Source: an uncultured Gammaproteobacteria bacterium (GTDB lineage: Bacteria > Pseudomonadota > Gammaproteobacteria > Steroidobacterales > UBA11654). Taken from it: 64,000 bases of DNA. Numbering within the stretch: the first letter of the stretch is position 1; every line of letters begins with the position of its first letter. The DNA lies in contig CACJRN010000006.1 of assembly GCA_902595845.1 (NCBI GenBank), forward strand, positions 1,531 through 65,530, in the 5' to 3' direction. Shown piece by piece: positions 58,360 to 64,000 of this stretch. The notes under the pieces are model-generated. The model did not search any database and had not been told where the DNA came from. It saw nothing but the letters and a program-made list of their open reading frames with translations. A program made the translations under genes and the position numbers.

Positions 58360-59112
58360 ATTAAATTAGAAAGTAAAGTTGCATTAATTACAGGAGCCTC
58401 GACAGGAATTGGGGCAGGAATAGCAGCTGCATTTGCAAAAGAAGGCGCCAAGGTAGTTATAAACTATCCAAATGAAGAGGAAGAAGAAAACGCACAAAGT
58501 GTTTTAAGCGAGATTTCTAAATATTCAGATTCATCGACTATTTTAAAAGCAGATGTTTCTAATTCAGCAGAAGTTTCAAAAATGGTTCAATCTGTAACTG
58601 ATCAATATAAGAGAATTGATATCCTTGTTAATAATGCTGGTATCGCTACCAGTGCCCCAATACATGAAATGACAGATGCAATGTGGGATGAATTAATTTC
58701 AATCCATCTTAATGGGACCTTCTATGCGACAAGAGAATGTTTGAAGGTAATGTATGAACAAGAATATGGCAGAATAATTAATACAGCATCGCAATTAGCA
58801 TACAAAGGCAGTCCAGGTTTTTCACATTACACAGCAGCCAAAGGTGCAATCATATCATTTACCAGATCACTCTCTCTTGAAATTGGAAAAATGAATATAA
58901 GAGCAAACTGTGTAGCACCTGGCGCTACGATGACAAGGATGCTATCAGAAGTACCGACTGAGATTCTAGATGGCATCAAAGCGTCCATACCTAAAGGAAC
59001 AATTGCAAACATAGAGGAAATAGTGCCTGCATATGTGTTTTTAGCTTCAGACGACGGCAATCATTTTGTAGGACAAACGATTAGCCCAAATGGCGGAGAT
59101 CATTTCTTATAG
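58360..59112 (+). CDS. Classical short-chain dehydrogenase/reductase (FabG-like); apparent ATT start
   Basis: Frame extends upstream of the called ORF to IKLESKVALITGASTGIG; NNAGI, YTAAK; in-frame TAA at 58348. Confidence 0.88.
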   Translation: MKLESKVALITGASTGIGAGIAAAFAKEGAKVVINYPNEEEEENAQSVLSEISKYSDSSTILKADVSNSAEVSKMVQSVTDQYKRIDILVNNAGIATSAPIHEMTDAMWDELISIHLNGTFYATRECLKVMYEQEYGRIINTASQLAYKGSPGFSHYTAAKGAIISFTRSLSLEIGKMNIRANCVAPGATMTRMLSEVPTEILDGIKASIPKGTIANIEEIVPAYVFLASDDGNHFVGQTISPNGGDHFL

Positions 59113-59187
59113 AACATAATATTTTGTAAATCAGTTCTTATATTATAAGATCGTATATATTGTGATAATGAAGTATTTGAATGTCAA

Positions 59188-60494
59188 TATGTATGCTATA
59201 TGATAATAAATAGTAATAAGGTTACTCCAGAGTTCCTCGATACACTAAAGATTAAGGATAAGGCCTATTTTATATCAATTGAGGATTACAAAGGTTTTAG
59301 AATTAAGGTAAACCCTTCAGGTAGGATAAGTTTTGTAACCTACGCACGAATTAAAGGCGGCGGTAAACCTAGAACTATAACTCATGGTTCAAAAAATAAA
59401 CTCCCATTCCCAGTGGCAATTGATTTACATATTCAATCAATTGATCTCTTAAATAAAGGCATTGATCCTAACCTTCTAAAAAAAACAAAAAGAGACCAAT
59501 TTTATGGTTCTATAAAGTTTATTGATCTTGCAAATGAATATATCTCAAGTAAAAAATTATCAGGCGAACATTCTGATCAACACTCTGACCACAATTCTAA
59601 ATACTTGATTGCAACAAAACTTAAGGCATTTCATGAAGACAATATTGAAAATATTACTATAGAGAAATTAGAATCATGGTTTAGGAACAATAAGCACACA
59701 CCAGCAGCATCTAAGAATGCATTGATGCTATTATCTAAAATATTCAAATATGCAACAGCAACTGGTTTTTATCATTTACAAAATAATCCTGTAAGTGAAT
59801 TGAAAGATTCGCTTTTCATAGGCAATCAAAAAACATCTAAAAAACAGTTAGATCTAGAGAGTGAGTATTCAGAATATCTATACAATCTATGCGACCCTAT
59901 GAGCGAATACAGTTTAAACCCAATTACGAGGAATATTATTTATTTGATGACCATCACAGGGTTAAAAAAGACTGACATATTAAATTTAAAAAAGGATCAA
60001 ATTATTGAAAATAGTCATATAAATATTAATAGAAGAAAAAGCTTCATTCAGATAGTGCCAATTACAGATGACATACAGTCCATTTTAGAGCATACAAATC
60101 AGTATCTAAATTCAGAAGCTAAATCATTTAATAACGACTATATTTTTTACAACCCAGTAACTAAGAAACCGATAACAAACCTAAGAAAATCCTTTATAAA
60201 GATTTCCTCATCTTTTGATTGGAATCTATACCCAGAAGCTATCAGAAAAAGCTTTGCAAATATTTGTGATGAAGTTGCAATACCAAGAAAGCACTATTAC
60301 CAGTTACTAGGTATTAGGGAAAGTTATATTCCTCATAGTGATGGAAAACTTGAGCATGAACAAATCAATAAACTAAGGGATTCACTTCGCTGTGTACAGG
60401 ATGAAATTAATAACAAATGTCCCTTGATAGTCCCTGGAAGATATAACAGAATATCTGATCTCTTATTTTCGTAATCTATGTATGCTATTTGATA
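59188..60494 (+). repeat. 18-bp direct repeat (1 mismatch) bracketing the integrase ORF
   Basis: TATGTATGCTATATGATA (59188-59205) and TATGTATGCTATTTGATA (60477-60494). Confidence 0.8.
59200..60474 (+). CDS. P4-like tyrosine integrase homologue with substituted catalytic residues
   Basis: Arm-binding N-terminus (GFRIKVNPSGRISF...GIDP), NNPV, box I TGLKKTDI, box II PEAIRKSFA...LLGI. Confidence 0.8.
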   Translation: MIINSNKVTPEFLDTLKIKDKAYFISIEDYKGFRIKVNPSGRISFVTYARIKGGGKPRTITHGSKNKLPFPVAIDLHIQSIDLLNKGIDPNLLKKTKRDQFYGSIKFIDLANEYISSKKLSGEHSDQHSDHNSKYLIATKLKAFHEDNIENITIEKLESWFRNNKHTPAASKNALMLLSKIFKYATATGFYHLQNNPVSELKDSLFIGNQKTSKKQLDLESEYSEYLYNLCDPMSEYSLNPITRNIIYLMTITGLKKTDILNLKKDQIIENSHININRRKSFIQIVPITDDIQSILEHTNQYLNSEAKSFNNDYIFYNPVTKKPITNLRKSFIKISSSFDWNLYPEAIRKSFANICDEVAIPRKHYYQLLGIRESYIPHSDGKLEHEQINKLRDSLRCVQDEINNKCPLIVPGRYNRISDLLFS

Positions 60495-60555
60495 TATTAG
60501 AAGAGAAATATCTATAAGTTACTGATATATATATCAATAATATCAGGACATAATA

Positions 60556-61662
60556 TTAATATAATACGACTGACCTTATTGACTCACCTTTGTGCATTAA
60601 ATGAAATGCTTCATTGATTTCTTCAAGGGGCATTGTATGTGTGATCATATCGTCTATATTAATCTTTCCATCCATATACCAATCAACAATTTTTGGTACA
60701 TCTGTTCGACCTCTTGCTCCACCAAAAGCAGACCCTCTCCATACTCGTCCAGTCACTAATTGAAATGGTCTTGTCGATATTTCCTGACCTGCACCCGCAA
60801 CACCAATGATTACAGATTCACCCCATCCTTTATGACAACACTCAAGAGCTTGTCTCATTGTCTCCACATTACCAATGCACTCAAATGAATAATCGGCACC
60901 ACCATCTGTGAGATCAATTATAGCTTCCACTACATCATCTATTTTTGTTGGGTTTATAAAGTCAGTCATTCCAAATTTTGTCGCTAAAGGTACTTTCGAT
61001 TCGTTAATATCGATTCCAACTATTTTATTTGCACCAACCATTTTTGCTCCTTGGATAACATTCAGGCCAATACCACCTAATCCAAATACTACGACATTAG
61101 AGCCCGGCTCAACTTTTGCATCATAAACCACAGCACCGATGCCTGTTGTTACACCGCAACCTATGTAGCAAATTTTGTCAAACGGTGCGTCTTGTCTCAC
61201 CTTCGCAACTGCAATCTCAGGCATGACTGAATAATTTGAGAATGTAGAGCAACCCATATAGTGGTATATAGGATCACCATTCAGAGAAAATCTTGACGTT
61301 CCATCCGGCATCAGACCCTGACCTTGTGTTTCTCTAATTGATTGGCAAAGGTTTGTTTTTGGATTCAAACAAAAATTACAGTCTCTGCATTCAGGTGTAT
61401 ATAGAGGTATAACATGATCTCCAGGCTTTACAGAAGTCACATTTTTGCCTACTTCCATTACTATACCAGCGCCTTCATGTCCAAGCACTGAAGGAAAGAT
61501 ACCTTCTGGATCATCGCCAGATAATGTAAACGCATCTGTGTGACACACACCAGTTGCTTTGATCTCTACCAATACTTCATTATCACCTGGGCCATCTAAA
61601 TCCAATTCTTCAATGACAAGATCTTCACCGGCTTTAACTGCAATTGCTGCTTTTGTTTTCAT
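60556..61662 (-). CDS. frmA: S-(hydroxymethyl)glutathione dehydrogenase / class III alcohol dehydrogenase
   Basis: [42 protein letters not shown]. Confidence 0.96.
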   Translation of the reverse strand: MKTKAAIAVKAGEDLVIEELDLDGPGDNEVLVEIKATGVCHTDAFTLSGDDPEGIFPSVLGHEGAGIVMEVGKNVTSVKPGDHVIPLYTPECRDCNFCLNPKTNLCQSIRETQGQGLMPDGTSRFSLNGDPIYHYMGCSTFSNYSVMPEIAVAKVRQDAPFDKICYIGCGVTTGIGAVVYDAKVEPGSNVVVFGLGGIGLNVIQGAKMVGANKIVGIDINESKVPLATKFGMTDFINPTKIDDVVEAIIDLTDGGADYSFECIGNVETMRQALECCHKGWGESVIIGVAGAGQEISTRPFQLVTGRVWRGSAFGGARGRTDVPKIVDWYMDGKINIDDMITHTMPLEEINEAFHLMHKGESIRSVVLY

Positions 61663-61784
61663 TTCCCCTCCTGAATATGACTATCAATAAGAATATCAAT
61701 TATTGGACTTATATTAAACAGTCGAAGTGATTAGATTATTTTCAAATCGAATGCTAATGTAGTTAAAATTTTTTAATTTCAGAT

Positions 61785-63176
61785 ATGCATAGATCCTTCA
61801 GAGAGGTTATTGAATTACTCGAGTCACAAGACAAGCTTGTTAGGCTTAAAAACTCGGTTAACCCAAAGTATGAAATGGCAGCACTAATGAAGACTCTTGA
61901 AGACGAGTCCAAGGCTTTCATTTTCGAAAACGTACAGAATTCCAACTATAAAGCAGTGGGCGGTTTATTCACTTCGATGGGTCGTTATGGACTCATCTTT
62001 AATGAAGATGGCAGTGAAGATTTCACCTATGAGCAAGCTGGGCAAAAGGTCATGTCTGGTATTGCAAATCCAATACCATACAAAACCATTGAAGAAGGCC
62101 ATGTAACTGAAAGGATACTCAAAGGAAATGACATTGATTTAACTAAGCTTCCTGCCCCAACTTTTTTTGAGCTCGACACAGGGCCCTTTTTAACAGCTGC
62201 AGTTGGAATATTTAAAAAACCGAATGGTGAGATAAATGTTGGATTTTACCGATGTTTAATCATTGATAAGGAAAATTTATTAATCAACGCAAGTGGTTTG
62301 AGTGATCTGAGAAAAGCTTATGCTTGGCATAAAGAAAACAATAAAGAGATGAGAGTCGCTATGGTACTGGGGGCGCCACCAGCCTTACTGATGGCTGCAG
62401 CATCAAAATCTCCAGATGAGATTTCAGAGTTAGATGTTGCAGGTGGTATTAATGGCGAGGCCATTGAAGTCATAGCCGGACCAGATTCCGGCCTTCCAAT
62501 TCCTGCAGATTGTGAGATGGCATTTGAGACCATTGTTGATCTCGACAATATGGTCGAGAACACCCTAGGTGAGTTTGGTGCTCAGTACGGTACCGAGCAT
62601 GCCCCTATGTGTAAAGTAACAAGCATGCTTCAAAGAAATGACGCAATGTTTTATACATTGATGGCGGGAAGGGCAAAAGAGCACAACAATCTTGGCTATC
62701 TTACTGTCTACGGTATCTCAAAAGGACTAGAGCAGAAAATCAGACAAGGTTACCCAAATGTGACAGACATTGCTGTTCATTTTGACACAAAAATTGGCCC
62801 ATTGATGCATCTCGCGATTGCCATCAAAAAGAAAAATGACGATGAACCAGGGCAAATGATAAAAGAACTTTTTGAAATGAACATGGGCTTTTTTAATCTT
62901 GCCTGGATGGCAAAACGAATCATCATTGTAGATGATGATGTCGACCCTAATGATATGGATGATGTTGAGTGGGCTACATGGACGAGAATGGGTAGAGCTG
63001 AGAAGTTATATACTTTTCCCAATTTTGTAACGTGGGAAGTTGATAGAGCAGCACTTCCTGATGGCACATCAGCCAGAATAGGTATTGATGCAACCAAAGA
63101 TATGGATTATGCGGATGATTTAGTTAAGCCTGTAATTCCAAATGAAGAAAACATAGACCTAAAAGACTACATCTAG
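61785..63176 (+). CDS. UbiD-family (prFMN-dependent) decarboxylase, divergent
   Basis: IDLTKLP..F.LDTGPF, NVGFYR, E..GEF, IIVDDDVD..D..DVEWA..TR, IGIDATK. Confidence 0.87.
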   Translation: MHRSFREVIELLESQDKLVRLKNSVNPKYEMAALMKTLEDESKAFIFENVQNSNYKAVGGLFTSMGRYGLIFNEDGSEDFTYEQAGQKVMSGIANPIPYKTIEEGHVTERILKGNDIDLTKLPAPTFFELDTGPFLTAAVGIFKKPNGEINVGFYRCLIIDKENLLINASGLSDLRKAYAWHKENNKEMRVAMVLGAPPALLMAAASKSPDEISELDVAGGINGEAIEVIAGPDSGLPIPADCEMAFETIVDLDNMVENTLGEFGAQYGTEHAPMCKVTSMLQRNDAMFYTLMAGRAKEHNNLGYLTVYGISKGLEQKIRQGYPNVTDIAVHFDTKIGPLMHLAIAIKKKNDDEPGQMIKELFEMNMGFFNLAWMAKRIIIVDDDVDPNDMDDVEWATWTRMGRAEKLYTFPNFVTWEVDRAALPDGTSARIGIDATKDMDYADDLVKPVIPNEENIDLKDYI

Positions 63177-63185
63177 GAAATACTA

Positions 63186-64000
63186 ATGATTGATCCATAT
63201 TTAGCAGTAGCCTTACAAACCAAGGTAAAGCATGTAAAAACCAGGAATGAGGTTCAGGTTAATCTTGATCATATTGGGAATATGATTGAGATGGTTACAC
63301 ATATGTGCTCACTGGAATTACCTGTTCGATTAATTGCATTAGGAGAAGGTGCAATTCAAGGTTTTGTGGATGAGATATTGGATATGAATCAGGCAGAATA
63401 TGCAAAAACAATGGCAGCAGAAATCCCTGGCCCTGAAACAGACTTTCTAGGCAAGCTAGCAAAAGAGAAAGGCACCTATATCATTGGCCAACTCAAGGAG
63501 AAGCTTCCGGAATATAAAGATAGATTTTTCAATACAATATTTATTATTGATGAAAACGGTGATGTCATATACAAGCATCATAAGAACATTGTTGTATTCG
63601 TTGAACACTCAACAACGCCTCATGATGTTTATGACCAATGGGTTGAGCAGCATGGCGACTCAATCGAAGCTTTTTTCCCAGTTGCAAAAACACCAATAGG
63701 AAATATTGCAGGCACTGTTGGAGTTGAGGGCTCTTTTCCAGAGTCATTCAGAGCATTCGCTTTGAATGGTGCAGAAATTCTTTACCGTGCATCTTTGCCT
63801 GAGCCTTGGGTATCGAGAGAAATTTTTGAGGTTCAGAATCGATCAAGAGCGATAGACAACACTGCTTATATGATAGCGCCAAATACAGGATCATTGATAA
63901 TGCCATCAGAAAGTGGCGGCGATCCAACAATAATTGATGGTGCCTTGGGCGGTAGGTCTTCGATAATTGATTACAAAGGAACAATACTTTCTCAAACGGA
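63186..64000 (+). CDS. Nitrilase/carbon-nitrogen hydrolase fold protein (3' truncated by window edge; not in ORF track)
   Basis: Hand translation MIDPYLAVALQ...LGEGAIQG...EIPGPET...FFNTIFIIDENG...KHHK...TPIGNIAGTVGVEGSFPE...GAEIL...RAIDN; open to the window end. Confidence 0.85.
   Translation, partial: MIDPYLAVALQTKVKHVKTRNEVQVNLDHIGNMIEMVTHMCSLELPVRLIALGEGAIQGFVDEILDMNQAEYAKTMAAEIPGPETDFLGKLAKEKGTYIIGQLKEKLPEYKDRFFNTIFIIDENGDVIYKHHKNIVVFVEHSTTPHDVYDQWVEQHGDSIEAFFPVAKTPIGNIAGTVGVEGSFPESFRAFALNGAEILYRASLPEPWVSREIFEVQNRSRAIDNTAYMIAPNTGSLIMPSESGGDPTIIDGALGGRSSIIDYKGTILSQT

Larger units (their letters stand above)
59114..60557. mobile_element. AT-rich single-gene integrase cassette bounded by direct repeats
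   Basis: ACATAATATT at 59114-59123 and 60548-60557, at the SDR and frmA stop codons; contains only the integrase ORF. Confidence 0.6.

Noticed and set aside
59109-59136. Chromosomal dif site
   Set aside because: Only one arm resembles dif; the full 28-bp two-arm consensus is absent
187-63984. Numerous 60-200 aa antisense or alternate-frame ORFs (e.g. 6918-7520, 4224-4691, 35226-35660)
   Set aside because: They lie within well-supported genes and show no recognisable motifs; treated as shadow ORFs
1-64000. tRNA, rRNA, CRISPR arrays, IS transposases, prophage structural genes
   Set aside because: None recognised by eye; intergenic regions are short and show no cloverleaf or regularly spaced repeat pattern

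Overview
64 kb of densely coded, low-GC bacterial chromosome. Gene content, minimal intergenic spacing and trimmed conserved operons suggest a streamlined marine gammaproteobacterium (SAR86-like by inference, not verified). (1) 1-14.4 kb: a co-directional catabolic run containing a TonB receptor end, PRTase, ferredoxin reductase, pgi, FAD monooxygenase, an arylmalonate-decarboxylase/maleate-isomerase homologue, aldehyde dehydrogenase, ceramidase-like protein, serine hydrolase, GST, TIM-barrel protein, and an amino-alcohol kinase plus PLP phospho-lyase. (2) 14.4-56.4 kb: mostly housekeeping genes (xthA, aroE, tsaC, topA, smg, def, fmt, ntrY/ntrX, argS, priA, pntAB, acs, gabD, gltBD, trmB, rpoH with a perfect CIRCE, rsmD, coaD, ggt, mutM, rpmG/rpmB, dut, pyrE, ampG). 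(3) 56.4-64 kb: an accessory region with a Rieske oxygenase, an SDR that appears to start at ATT, a ~1.44 kb AT-rich cassette carrying only a catalytically substituted tyrosine integrase between two nested pairs of direct repeats, frmA, a divergent UbiD and a nitrilase-fold protein lacking the catalytic Cys. No rRNA, tRNA or CRISPR array was recognised. All product calls come from motif recognition by eye; no searches were run.
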